Shown in pieces: positions 1 to 9,948 of a DNA stretch of 59,066 nucleotides. Both the position numbers and the translations under genes were made by a program. The notes beneath the pieces are model-generated. The model did no database searches, was not told the origin of the DNA, and saw only the letters and a list, made by a program, of their open reading frames with translations. The stretch is from Candidatus Bathycorpusculum grumuli (GTDB taxonomy: Archaea > Thermoproteota > Bathyarchaeia > Bathyarchaeales > Bathycorpusculaceae): the NCBI GenBank assembly GCA_009776805.1, contig WRNB01000002.1, positions 1 to 59,066 on the forward strand, written 5' to 3'. How positions within the stretch are numbered: position 1 is the stretch's first letter; each line of letters opens with the position of its first letter.

Positions 1-1682
1 AATTTGTAGCTTGGCATGATTGTTTTCACGTTTTTTTTGTGAAACTATATCACACACTTCTATTTATAAAACTCTACTTACTCACTGGATACACCACTAC
101 ATCAATTGTGTCATATTTTTTGGGTTTTTATGTTTATTATGCCGTATACAAAAGCATCAACCAAACACATTTATTATGATCTATTTTTTAAGTTAAGGGT
201 AAAGGCATTATGTTGCTGAGTGCTAAAAATTGTTGACTGTATAATCTGAGCAATATTGGATATACGTAACTATTATATGTAGATATCATATTTTTTGGCT
301 TGTTTGTTTTTTGTTAATAATCATCATAAATAAAGATCAGTAATTTCTCGGTTAACATACAAAAGTGTTGTTTGGGGTAGAGGAAACTATTCCATGATAG
401 CCTATAGTGGTTTTGTGGTTCTTAGAGCATCGGCACAACCGATGGTAAACTCTCCCATAAAAATGAGCAAAACACTTCAAACACTATTTTCGAAAAAATA
501 TTATTTGTTGTAACCTGTAGTAACATACAAATTTAACTAAATAATGCTAAAATGAAGAAAAACATTTTGCTGTTTTAACTGTTTATTGTAAATTTTTCCT
601 ATTCGAAGTTTTTTCGCCGCATAGAATATGTGTAAACTGGTAAAATATTTTTGTTTACGCTATTTTTTAGGTTAAAAAACGAGTTTTTCTACTTTTTATT
701 TTTACCCTGTACTGCCTTTTTGGCTATTTTTGGTTTTTTAAAGTGTTTTTAGGCAAGTAATTTGTGCAGTTCAAGTTTTTTTAATAGTATTTTGGCCATG
801 CATAAGTTTGTCGGTTCAAACAAATTGTATGATTATATAAAGTTCGGGCATTTTCGTTTTAAAATGGGTAGTAGACCACCTAAAAAACAAACCCTAAAAA
901 GGTTGATGCTTTTGTATACGGTCTGAATATACATTAAATTATGTGGGAGCCAATACCTGAAAACTTTGTTTACTTTTTGTGGAAAAGAACTGATAGTTTT
1001 TTCTTGTTTTTCAAACGGCTAACTATTTTTTAGACAGCCTATGTGTGATAATTCATCAATCAATAACTATTTTTCGAAACAACAACACACTTAAAACCAA
1101 TAACACAAGCACATTTAAACAAACACAGCAAAACACACAACAAAAATTACAACAATTTAACCATTTAATATAAATTTTCAACATTCGAAAACATTTCGCC
1201 ACACAAAAACAAAAAAACATACAAAGCCCATAACAAAAAACCCTGACAACCACAAATATTCACACAAATTTGGGCATCACACCATTTTTTACAATGTTAA
1301 ACAAATAATAATTTCACTATTTAACCCTTGTCAACGTAACCTTCTTTTAAAACACCATTCACCACCATACATTTAAAAAAAATTTGATAAATCAATTACC
1401 TTTTCAACATACGTATATATAACGTTCGAACATTTTCGAAAATATTTCTAATTAATTGTTAAATGAAGACATTTTTAAGTGTTAACAAACGTCAAATTTT
1501 TTATTGGGAAATATATGTTGATGATTAAATGTGTAAAGTTATAATCCGATAATGTACGCGCTATTTTTTTGATTGTTGTATGTTTTGTTGATGCTTTCGT
1601 ATACGAGGCGGATAATGTACAGATAAACTTATCTTATAAAGTTGTTAATTTACTTGTGGCGTTAAGTATGCATGTAAAAAAC

Positions 1683-3197
1683 ATGGAGTTACCAGTTTCC
1701 AGCCGTGAAATGCGTGCTATAGAAACTAATGCTGAATATTACCATATAAGTTTGTTGCAGCTTATGGAAAATGCTGGTCAACAGCTTGCAAAGGAGATTC
1801 AGAAACGTTTTCCAAACACCAAAAAGGTTGTGATTTTTTGTGGTTTAGGTGGAAATGGTGGTGATGGTTTTGTTGCGGCACGACACCTTTTAACGCAAGG
1901 TTATCCTGTTACGGTTATCTTGGCTGGAAAAGGAAAAGATATCAACCATGTTTCGGCGTTGCAAAATTGGAAGGCGTTAAAACTATTATCCGATAAAATT
2001 TGTATTTTTGAAGTTTTTGACAGTTCAGCTATTCCAGTGGTGGAGGCGGATGTAATTATTGATGCTTTGTTAGGTACAGGGTCTAATGGGAAACTACGTG
2101 CGCCTGTGTTACAGTTAGTTAAGGTTATTAATTCGTTGAAGGGGTTTAAGATCGCTGTTGATGTGCCTACTGGTGTGGATTCTGATACAGGTGAAGTTTT
2201 AAATGGTGATGCTGTTAGAGCTGATTTAACTGTTACTTTTTATAAATCTAAAATGGGGTTAGATAAGGCGTTAGGGTTTGTGGGTATTTTGGAGGTTTGT
2301 GATATTGGATTGCCGTTAGAGTTTGAGAGTTTTACGGGTCCGGGGGATGTTGATTTGGTTGTTAAACCTCGTGTTGGGGGACATAAGGGCAATTTTGGTC
2401 GATTGCTTGTTGTTGGTGGTAGTAGTGTTTTTTCGGGTGCACCTGTTTTGGCGTCTATTGCTGCGTTACGCTCTGGTGTGGATGTTGTATATACTGCTTG
2501 TCCTGAGAAAGTTGGGCATGCTATTTCGTCGGTATCGCCTGATTTGATTTCAATAAAGCTTCAAGGAGATAATCTTAATCCGTATAATGTAGATGAATTA
2601 GAACATTATTTGAATATAGTTGATGCTGTTGTAGTGGGTCCGGGATTGGGGTTAAGTGGTGAGACATGTGAATTTGTGAAATTGTTTGTTAAAAAAGTGG
2701 AAAAGGCGGGTAAAGCGTTGCTTTTGGATGCTGATGGTTTGAAGGTGTTTGCTAAATTTAAATATCCGTTAAAAGTTCCGTTTGTGCTTACACCTCATGA
2801 TGGTGAATATAGTGTGCTTACAGGTCAGAGTCTTTCAGAACATTTTGAAAGCAAAGTAGCCATGATTCAAAAAACAGCTCAAGAACTTGATGCCGTTCTG
2901 ATAGTTAAAGGTAAAGCCGATATTATATGTAGTTCAAACAGGGCTAAATTGAATTTTACAGGTAATGCAGGTATGACTGTTGGTGGAACAGGTGATATAC
3001 TTGCAGGTATTGTTGGAGGGTTGTTGGCACAGAAAACGGATGCTTTTGAGGCTGCGGTTGCAGGGGCTTTTGTAAATGGTGCATGTGGAGATTTTGCGGC
3101 TTATGCGGTTGGTTCACACATGATTGCTTCAGATCTTTTAGATTTTATTCCCCAAGTTTTTGTTAAACCTATGAGTCATTTAAAGGTGCACCATTAA
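1683..3197 (+). CDS. nnr: Bifunctional NAD(P)H-hydrate repair enzyme (NnrE epimerase + NnrD dehydratase)
   Basis: YjeF_N motifs (GLGGNGGDGFVAAR, DALLGTG, AVDVPTG) followed by carbohydrate-kinase-like domain (HKGNFGRLLVVGGS, GPGLG, LLLDADG, LTPHDGE, GGTGDILAG). Start moved to ATG 1683 (MELPVSSREM), where homology begins. Confidence 0.93.
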   Translation: MELPVSSREMRAIETNAEYYHISLLQLMENAGQQLAKEIQKRFPNTKKVVIFCGLGGNGGDGFVAARHLLTQGYPVTVILAGKGKDINHVSALQNWKALKLLSDKICIFEVFDSSAIPVVEADVIIDALLGTGSNGKLRAPVLQLVKVINSLKGFKIAVDVPTGVDSDTGEVLNGDAVRADLTVTFYKSKMGLDKALGFVGILEVCDIGLPLEFESFTGPGDVDLVVKPRVGGHKGNFGRLLVVGGSSVFSGAPVLASIAALRSGVDVVYTACPEKVGHAISSVSPDLISIKLQGDNLNPYNVDELEHYLNIVDAVVVGPGLGLSGETCEFVKLFVKKVEKAGKALLLDADGLKVFAKFKYPLKVPFVLTPHDGEYSVLTGQSLSEHFESKVAMIQKTAQELDAVLIVKGKADIICSSNRAKLNFTGNAGMTVGGTGDILAGIVGGLLAQKTDAFEAAVAGAFVNGACGDFAAYAVGSHMIASDLLDFIPQVFVKPMSHLKVHH

Positions 3198-3761
3198 GTG
3201 GAAACAGACAACAAAGATACACTCAATAAAATGTGTACTGTACGGGTTAGTGTTTATCATGCAGCACAGGATGATCCAAAAAAAAATACTGCACTACGGT
3301 TGAGCCGACGAGGATTTGTACGTATTGTTAAGAAAATTAGGTTTTTACCTAAACGAGCTATAGTACTTAACCCCTTTAGTACAATTGCTTTTTCTCCAGC
3401 AGACCGTGATCGTCTTGAAAATTTTGGGTTAGCTGCTTTAGATTGCAGTTGGGAACAAGCTCAAAAAGTCTTAGGTGAACATGTTAGAGGTACAAGCAGG
3501 TGTTTGCCAATTCTAATTGCAAGTAATCCAGTAAATTTTGGAAAACTAACCAAACTTACCACCGCAGAAGCCATATCAGCCGCTTTGTACATAGCAGGTT
3601 TTAAAACTACTGCAGAAGAGGTACTTGAAATTTTTTCTTGGGGTCACACTTTTTTTGAGTTAAACCAACGCTTCCTTGATCAATACATTACAGCTAAAAA
3701 TAGTGCAGATATTATCGAAATTCAAAAAGCTTTATTTGAAAACAAACCTTGTAACAAGTAA
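3198..3761 (+). CDS. tsr3: 16S rRNA aminocarboxypropyltransferase Tsr3 (DUF367)
   Basis: DDPKKNTA, FSPAD, LDCSW, RCLPILIASNPVNFG, LTTAEAISAAL, FSWGHTFFELN match Tsr3. Start may be ATG 3231. Confidence 0.92.
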   Translation: METDNKDTLNKMCTVRVSVYHAAQDDPKKNTALRLSRRGFVRIVKKIRFLPKRAIVLNPFSTIAFSPADRDRLENFGLAALDCSWEQAQKVLGEHVRGTSRCLPILIASNPVNFGKLTKLTTAEAISAALYIAGFKTTAEEVLEIFSWGHTFFELNQRFLDQYITAKNSADIIEIQKALFENKPCNK

Positions 3762-3790
3762 ACCATTTATAGACATAAGTCAATGGTTCC

Positions 3791-4435
3791 ATGAAAAAGA
3801 AAGGGAACAATTTGGAGACAAATTTTTATGTCTTTTTAAGTTCAGTTGTATTGATTTCGCTAAGCGGTGTTTTAATGCCAGGACCCTTATTTGCAACAAC
3901 AATACAAAAAGCAACTAAAAGTAAAATAGCAGGTGCCTTAATAGGTCTTGGACATGGTTTAATAGAATTCCCTGTAATGCTTCTAATTTATTTCCTACTT
4001 AATCGATTTGTAATTCCAAATTCCATACAGGCATCCATTGGTGTTATAGGTGGCTCTTTTATGATTTTTATGGGTATTCAGGCATTTAAAAACCGTAACC
4101 ATCAAGACAAGTCTACGGTGTGCTTAAAACGAGACTCTTTGTTCGCCGGCATTTGGACTTCAGCAGTTAATGCAGGGTTTATACTATGGTGGTTAACTAT
4201 TGGAACAGTTTTAATTGCAAATGCTCAACTCTTTGGGTTCTCAGGTTTTGTCATTTTCGCCGGTGTCCACTGGTCTGTTGACTTTTTATGGTACACGTTA
4301 ATAGGTCTGCTTATTTTTAAATCACAAACATTCTGGACCACACGAACACGTTATGGAGTTACGATATTTTGTGTTGGTGTGTTTTTACTATTTGGTGCTT
4401 ATTTTATAAGCTCAGCTTTAATTTCATTATTCTAA
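3791..4435 (+). CDS. LysE-family translocator
   Basis: SLSGVLMPGP, GLGHGLIE and SAVNAGFILWW motifs; about six hydrophobic helices. Confidence 0.85.
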   Translation: MKKKGNNLETNFYVFLSSVVLISLSGVLMPGPLFATTIQKATKSKIAGALIGLGHGLIEFPVMLLIYFLLNRFVIPNSIQASIGVIGGSFMIFMGIQAFKNRNHQDKSTVCLKRDSLFAGIWTSAVNAGFILWWLTIGTVLIANAQLFGFSGFVIFAGVHWSVDFLWYTLIGLLIFKSQTFWTTRTRYGVTIFCVGVFLLFGAYFISSALISLF

Positions 4436-4668
4436 AAAAAGTGTATCCACAACTCCAAACCACACTAAACACCACAACAAAACCCAAAAAACCATCAACA
4501 ACACACATCAAACCATCAAACCACAAAACCCAACAGCTAACACGCCCAATAATCTTTGATAAAACACTGTCAAACCAAAACATTATTCGCCATAGAAGTT
4601 ATAACCCAAAACATTAATAAAAACTAAGCTATTAATATTAAAATTACACAAAGTAAGAGAGGACCTAA

Positions 4669-4929
4669 GTGAATTTAACGTTAATTATTGCCATTAGCAT
4701 GCTTTTAATTATTGGCGCAATTATTGTCGTAGGAGTATTAATGAATCGTGGTAAACAGCTTAAGTGTCCTGATTGTAATTGTGTGTTTAATGCTCCCGTA
4801 ATGGAAAAAAAGATAACGGGACTTGGTTTGACCTTTCCATACATGGGAATCATAAAATGCCCTAAGTGCAACGTTGAACGTTCACGACGTGATTACGATA
4901 AAGTAGAAAAGCTAATCAAAAAAGCATAA
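4669..4929 (+). CDS. Small membrane-anchored zinc-ribbon protein
   Basis: N-terminal TM helix, then CPDC...CPKC; GAGGA site before the GTG start. Confidence 0.7.
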   Translation: MNLTLIIAISMLLIIGAIIVVGVLMNRGKQLKCPDCNCVFNAPVMEKKITGLGLTFPYMGIIKCPKCNVERSRRDYDKVEKLIKKA

Positions 4930-4941
4930 CCCGTAGAGTTA

Positions 4942-5847
4942 TTATTTAAATAACTCTTCTAGAGGATTTTGCATTTCTTTGACTTCTCGAATCTGCACAC
5001 CTTTTTTCAACAACTTGGCCGTTAAAGCGGAAACTTCTTCAGGCCCCTGCAACTCAAACAAGTAATAATCTCCCTCTTTCCCAACTGAATAAGGCACCTC
5101 ATCCACACCCAAAGTACGAATCCCAATAGTGTACTTCTCAGTTTTAATCTCAGATATGTTACCAAACAATGCTAGTTTTCCATTCTTAATCACAATCACC
5201 TTAGAACCAATTTCCCTAGCCTCAAAAAGATTATGCGAAGAATACAAAACAACCTTATCTTTACTCAACCCAAGCACTAATTCTCGGATTTCACTGGCCA
5301 TTTTCGGATCCAAATTACTCGTAGGCTCATCTAACAAGTAAACCCTCTTCTCTTTAAGAAAAATTCGAGCCACCGACACCCTCTTCTTCTGACCCTGACT
5401 AAGCTGACCAAAACGCTTAACACTCAACTCACCCAACTTAAGCAAATCAATCACCCTATCCACATCCGCTTCCCCAGCACCTACTATACCAGCATAAAAC
5501 CGTAAAGCATCCCTTACGCTCATACCCTCAGGAATACCATCTATATGCGTAAGATAATCAAGCTGCCTTCTAGCTTCAGGGGTCTCACTTGGGTATCCAC
5601 CTATTTCTATTCGGCCTGAATAAGGTTTCAATATGCCCGCAAGGGTTCTAAATAATGTAGTCTTCCCAGCACCATTAGGCCCCAAAACAACATAAATAGC
5701 AGGCTCATCTATACGAAAAGAAATATCCTCCAACACCTTCCGTCCAGAATAACCTGAACTAACCGAATCAAACAACACTACTGGCGATGACCCAATTGAA
5801 GACAACTGATTCTCGACATTATACTCTATGTTTTTATTTTCAAGCAT
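4942..5847 (-). CDS. ABC exporter ATP-binding subunit
   Basis: Walker A GPNGAGKTT, signature LSQGQKKR, Walker B YLLDEPT, H-loop SSH; 8-bp overlap with the upstream membrane gene. Confidence 0.92.
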   Translation of the reverse strand: MLENKNIEYNVENQLSSIGSSPVVLFDSVSSGYSGRKVLEDISFRIDEPAIYVVLGPNGAGKTTLFRTLAGILKPYSGRIEIGGYPSETPEARRQLDYLTHIDGIPEGMSVRDALRFYAGIVGAGEADVDRVIDLLKLGELSVKRFGQLSQGQKKRVSVARIFLKEKRVYLLDEPTSNLDPKMASEIRELVLGLSKDKVVLYSSHNLFEAREIGSKVIVIKNGKLALFGNISEIKTEKYTIGIRTLGVDEVPYSVGKEGDYYLFELQGPEEVSALTAKLLKKGVQIREVKEMQNPLEELFK

Positions 5848-7345
5848 CTGCCAACAACCTCTCTCTATTCATTTTCTTATTTGCCACTACCAACATAACA
5901 GCAACCAATACAACTAAAGTTAAAGTCACTCCACCAATAAGCAACAGGAAATTGCTTGAACCAGAAAAGAATGAACTAAGAATAAGAACCGCCATCGTAG
6001 GTCCCACACCTATTATGGTGCATATGCCAATAGGACTGTTAACTCCAGGAACACGGGCTGTAAGAGAAGACCATATCATCCCTGCCATAGTCATGAATGC
6101 TACAGAAGCATAACTAATCGGTATGGTATAGATCAATAACAGCTCAATCAGAGCGGGCTGTATTGACCCGCCCATTAAAAGGGTTATGACTATATTTCCT
6201 GTAAGTGAAACCCCTAGAACTACCGTGACTAAACCAAGGGTAACAAGTAGTGTTGACCATAAAATCTCATAAGTGCTAACACCATAAGCAATCAAATACT
6301 CATAAACACCTTTAGTCCGGTCACTAACAAATACCATTAAACCCCCAAAACTTCCAATAACAGCAAACACTGGAAGCATCATTGGAAACGATTGTGATAC
6401 CACCATGGGTACATCATCAGAAACAGAAGCCGTTCCACCAATAACGGCACCAAATAAAATGGACATCACGAGGGCAATAATAAGGTAGACGCTACCAAAG
6501 CTAAGGGCTCGTTTAAAGTTTGTTTTAACAAGAGATTTCAACCGTTTATCACCTGCTTCACTTGCAGTAGATAAAGAAACCGTTGTGACATTTTTCCTTT
6601 CCGCTTTTGTAAACCACAAAGCCACAAAAAGACACAACAAACATACTACAAAGAAAAGTATCTCAAAATTTAAGGTACCCAAACTTCCTGCATATAACAC
6701 TAGAAAATCAACCATGCCCATAGGCAAAGCTAAGTATAGAAAACGTTTATTTTTAAATGCCACTGCAAATACGCAAAGAATACCCCATGCAAAATGAACC
6801 ATTAAAGAGGAAATTCTTTCAAATACGCCTAAACCAACATGGGTTAAGGCAACAGATGCTGACACGAAGAGGTCAGGTTGTGTTGCAGATAGAGTATCGA
6901 AGAGTTGTTGAGCAGCAGTTCCTCCTCCGGCTAAGGTCGAATATATTACGATAAAATTAAGTAACGCAAAACCGCCTAAAAGGACGCCGTTTTCCCAGAA
7001 AGCCAGGCCTAACCCGTAGCCTTCAGCATCGTATGCTCTTATTTTGCCACGTGAGAAGGCAATTTTGGCTGCAAGGTATGCGCCTCCTACCTCAAAAATC
7101 ACTGTTTGCAAACCAACATAGAGACCCATAGCAACTAGATTTCCTCCAACTGCCTCATAGAAGGGATTGGCTGTGAAATACTGGACTACGCTTTTGAGTG
7201 CTATTGCTCCGGCATATGCCGCAAGAGATAAAAACAGTGTCCAAATTGTAAACCGTCTTTTAATTTTCCAGTAAGCGATTAAGCCGACACTGAACGCTAT
7301 CATTATGATAGGGCTCAGAAAATAGAGTATGTTCATGTTCTGCAT
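5840..7345 (-). CDS. Fusion of YhfC/PrsW-like intramembrane protease domain and ABC-2-type permease
   Basis: N-terminal half has FEVGG, GLGLAFWENG and ERISSLMVH (YhfC-like Glu/His motifs). C-terminal half has VSDRTKGVYEYL, typical of ABC-2 permeases. Confidence 0.65.
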   Translation of the reverse strand: MQNMNILYFLSPIIMIAFSVGLIAYWKIKRRFTIWTLFLSLAAYAGAIALKSVVQYFTANPFYEAVGGNLVAMGLYVGLQTVIFEVGGAYLAAKIAFSRGKIRAYDAEGYGLGLAFWENGVLLGGFALLNFIVIYSTLAGGGTAAQQLFDTLSATQPDLFVSASVALTHVGLGVFERISSLMVHFAWGILCVFAVAFKNKRFLYLALPMGMVDFLVLYAGSLGTLNFEILFFVVCLLCLFVALWFTKAERKNVTTVSLSTASEAGDKRLKSLVKTNFKRALSFGSVYLIIALVMSILFGAVIGGTASVSDDVPMVVSQSFPMMLPVFAVIGSFGGLMVFVSDRTKGVYEYLIAYGVSTYEILWSTLLVTLGLVTVVLGVSLTGNIVITLLMGGSIQPALIELLLIYTIPISYASVAFMTMAGMIWSSLTARVPGVNSPIGICTIIGVGPTMAVLILSSFFSGSSNFLLLIGGVTLTLVVLVAVMLVVANKKMNRERLLADA

Positions 7346-7516
7346 TTTCTTTAGTCCCTCTTAGGCAGCACCGTCTTCGTCTTACCCTATATAAGTTAGT
7401 GCTTACCTGTTAAGCAATGTTTTTTAACATATATAAATCATAGTGTTAAAACAATATATGTTGTAATATATATTAGTGCATACTTTCTTAGTACAGTTTT
7501 ATGGAGGATTAAATAA

Positions 7517-8053
7517 ATGTCAATCGAACAATTTAATGTACAATCACCACCACCTGCTCTTTTAAATGATTTCATAATAGGTCTGATAGTGATTGGCGCA
7601 GTTCTATTAGTGCTAAATGTATTGATGTACAACCGGTTAAAAAACAGTCCATTACATGTAGGCATAGGTATTGGTGTAGGTATAGGTGGGACTAAATATG
7701 CTTTGGCGATTTGGGGTATAGCACTAATAATATTGGGTGGTTTTTTGTATGGCATATCAGTTGCTGCGTCATCGCCTTCGGTTGTGACTATTGGTGAGGG
7801 GTACATAAAGGTAGAATCTGGATTTGTTGGGGGAGGCATTAATAAGAATGTTGCTTCTGAGGAAATAGCTACTGCTTTTGTTGGTCAGGTAGGTTCAGGT
7901 GACTTTACATTACGTAAAAATTTGGGTACAGATTTTGGTGACACAAACATAGGTAGGTATACTTTGGGGAATGGTGCGTCAGCATATGTGGTAACAACTA
8001 ACGTTACTTGTCTTATAATAGAGTTGAAATATGGCGAATATATTATTAGGTAA
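7517..8053 (+). CDS. Membrane protein with bacterial PH-like domain (3' end possibly frameshifted)
   Basis: Two TM helices, then LRKNLGTDFG..IGRYTLGNGASAYVVT..LIIE, resembling bPH-type domains. An alternative frame continues to TAA at 8105. Confidence 0.6.
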   Translation: MSIEQFNVQSPPPALLNDFIIGLIVIGAVLLVLNVLMYNRLKNSPLHVGIGIGVGIGGTKYALAIWGIALIILGGFLYGISVAASSPSVVTIGEGYIKVESGFVGGGINKNVASEEIATAFVGQVGSGDFTLRKNLGTDFGDTNIGRYTLGNGASAYVVTTNVTCLIIELKYGEYIIR

Positions 8054-8234
8054 CCAAGACACGCAAGTCATTGCTAACAGTTTCTCACAAAACGTTTACC
8101 ATTAATGTCTTGAAATTGTATATCATCATTTTTATTTTCACTATTTTTACTGTAATCAATTTTTGTCTATCAATTAACAATAAAATAGAGTGAAATGGTG
8201 TATGGAATAAATGGGTGGGTAAGAGATGGTTAAA

Positions 8235-8352
8235 TCTATCGTGGGTTTGTTTGGTTGTACAAACTGGAACCCATGATAGACTCTGTTTTTCCACGGCTAT
8301 CTATGATAAATATAACCCAAGTTTTATGCGAATAGTGCTCAGGTTTATTTAT
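8235..8352 (+). ncRNA. Candidate structured non-coding element, copy 1
   Basis: Hairpin TCTATCGTGGGTT...AACCCATGATAGA, linker ending ACGGCT, and a second long hairpin capped by GCGA (GNRA). Homologous to 30419-30526. Confidence 0.45.
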
Positions 8353-8376
8353 GTAATTAAATATGGCTAAACACGT

Positions 8377-8416
8377 ATATAAACTTAATTCAAGTTAGGT
8401 TAAAGTTAAGTTGATA
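8377..8416 (-). promoter_or_regulatory. Regulon promoter/operator motif with no adjacent CDS
   Basis: + strand atataa-N7-tcaa-N6-ttaa-N6-gttgata; same spacing as the other copies. Confidence 0.6.
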
Positions 8417-8474
8417 ATTGTTTGAGAGAACTAAAAAAAGAAGAGAGAACTATGCGAGTAAAAACGCATAATTA

Positions 8475-9704
8475 CTAATAGTAATAAGTATGTGTTGTGG
8501 GTGTACCTAAGAAATGCTCACACAGATACCTATTTACAGCCCCTACGTCAACATCTGCAAATAGATCAGGTTGAAGCCATTTTGCAAAAGCCAAATACCC
8601 AATTACTGAACGTGCACCATTTCGTGCATTAAAATCACAAACATAAACACGTCCATTCTTCACTGCATCAATATCCTTAAATTGTTGATTATTAAGCACA
8701 GCGTTTCTGGCATTAATAAAATCTTGAGAACTATGACTATTGCTAGAAATCATTACAATAATTACAGCAGGATTTTGTGCAACAATAAATTCCGGATTTA
8801 ACGCAGGATTGTATAATGTAACGTTTTCAGCTATGTTAATTCCACCGCCTTGACAAATAGATAAATCAACATAAGTCCTGTATTCCCCAGAAATGTACCA
8901 ATCCAAGAAGGCAAGATCTTGTTTGTCACGTGGTAAATTGTTTAGTTTGTCTTTGATCTGTTTGTTATAGGACTGTACCCATGTGATATACTCGTTTGCT
9001 CGATCTTCATTACCTACTAGAGCGGATAATTGTTTCACTGTGTAACAGATATCATCTATCTTTGTGTTAGCATTGTATATTTCTTGAGAAGACATTTTTG
9101 ATGGATTAATTGGTTGTGAATCCGCTGAGCTTTCAAGAAAAACCGGTATACCAGCTTTTGTAACTATGTTATAGGTATCTAAATCCGAATACGCAGGGTT
9201 AGAAGTATATCCAAATTGTGAGCTAGCAACTATTAGATCAGGTTCCATTACAAATATCGACTCTGCACTAGCCATAAAGGCCATTGATGCTATAGACGGT
9301 AATGTTTGAAGTTCTGGAGTTACAACAGTATCTGTTCTGGCTATAATTGAATCCTTTGCGCCTAGCAAAAATAGAATTTCTGCGAGGCTATCCTCCATGA
9401 CAATTATCCGCTTTGGTGTATCAGGTAAGGTAATTTTGACACCTGCGCCATCAGTAATTGTAACGGTTTTTGAATCAGAGCTGCTGGATGAAGAAGAACT
9501 AGATTTATTACGTGTGTCGGATGAGCTAGATGAGTTGGATGAGTCATCTGTTGATGAGGAGGGATTGTTGGTAGAAGGGTTTGATGATGATGGCAAGTTT
9601 GTTGAGGATTGTTTGTAGAATTCGTTGTAGACTGCATAGAAGGATACCGATGCTATGATGACAATAAGGGCTAGAGCAATTACTGTTTTGATTTTTGGAC
9701 CCAT
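8475..9704 (-). CDS. ABC substrate-binding protein, cobalamin/Fe-chelate (class III) family, paralogue A1
   Basis: N-terminal TM anchor, Ser-rich linker, ITDGAG...PKRIIV, EPDLIVA, AVKNGRVY. GGAGGTGA precedes ATG 9704. Confidence 0.88.
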   Translation of the reverse strand: MGPKIKTVIALALIVIIASVSFYAVYNEFYKQSSTNLPSSSNPSTNNPSSSTDDSSNSSSSSDTRNKSSSSSSSSSDSKTVTITDGAGVKITLPDTPKRIIVMEDSLAEILFLLGAKDSIIARTDTVVTPELQTLPSIASMAFMASAESIFVMEPDLIVASSQFGYTSNPAYSDLDTYNIVTKAGIPVFLESSADSQPINPSKMSSQEIYNANTKIDDICYTVKQLSALVGNEDRANEYITWVQSYNKQIKDKLNNLPRDKQDLAFLDWYISGEYRTYVDLSICQGGGINIAENVTLYNPALNPEFIVAQNPAVIIVMISSNSHSSQDFINARNAVLNNQQFKDIDAVKNGRVYVCDFNARNGARSVIGYLAFAKWLQPDLFADVDVGAVNRYLCEHFLGTPTTHTYYY

Positions 9705-9850
9705 TTTTTCACCTCCACACACATAGAATTAGTTTTAATTTTCCAAAAATTGGTATTATGATTATTTTCGATCCTACAAAGACTTGGGGTTATGATTGTT
9801 TTTTACTCTCCAGAGATTTAAGGTTTACCATTGGATTAGTCAACAACATA

Positions 9851-9890
9851 TTTAAATTTGGCCTTAACTTAAGTTAACTACCAGTTGAAT
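9851..9890 (-). promoter_or_regulatory. Regulon promoter/operator motif (upstream of SBP A1)
   Basis: tttaaa-tttggcc-ttaa-cttaag-ttaa-ctacca-gttgaat; the core TTAACTTAAGTTAA is a perfect palindrome. Confidence 0.75.
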
Positions 9891-9948
9891 TAAAAAAAGG
9901 AAAAATAAATGATTTTTCTATCCCGCACAAGTATAAGTGGACACAGAA

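Noticed and set aside
1-17. Start of a minus-strand gene (ATG CCA AGC TAC AAA) running off the window, with a TATA-like box near 62-70
   Set aside because: Only five codons are visible, which is insufficient to call.
360-400. ORB-like GGGGTAGAGGAAAC
   Set aside because: Single weak match with no paired inverted ORB.
1056-1253. 65-aa Cys/Val/Phe-rich ORF
   Set aside because: By-product of a low-complexity A/C tract; no start context.
8085-8294. 69-aa ORF overlapping the structured element
   Set aside because: The equivalent frame in the homologous copy at 30.4 kb is closed by stops, so conservation is at the nucleotide/structure level.
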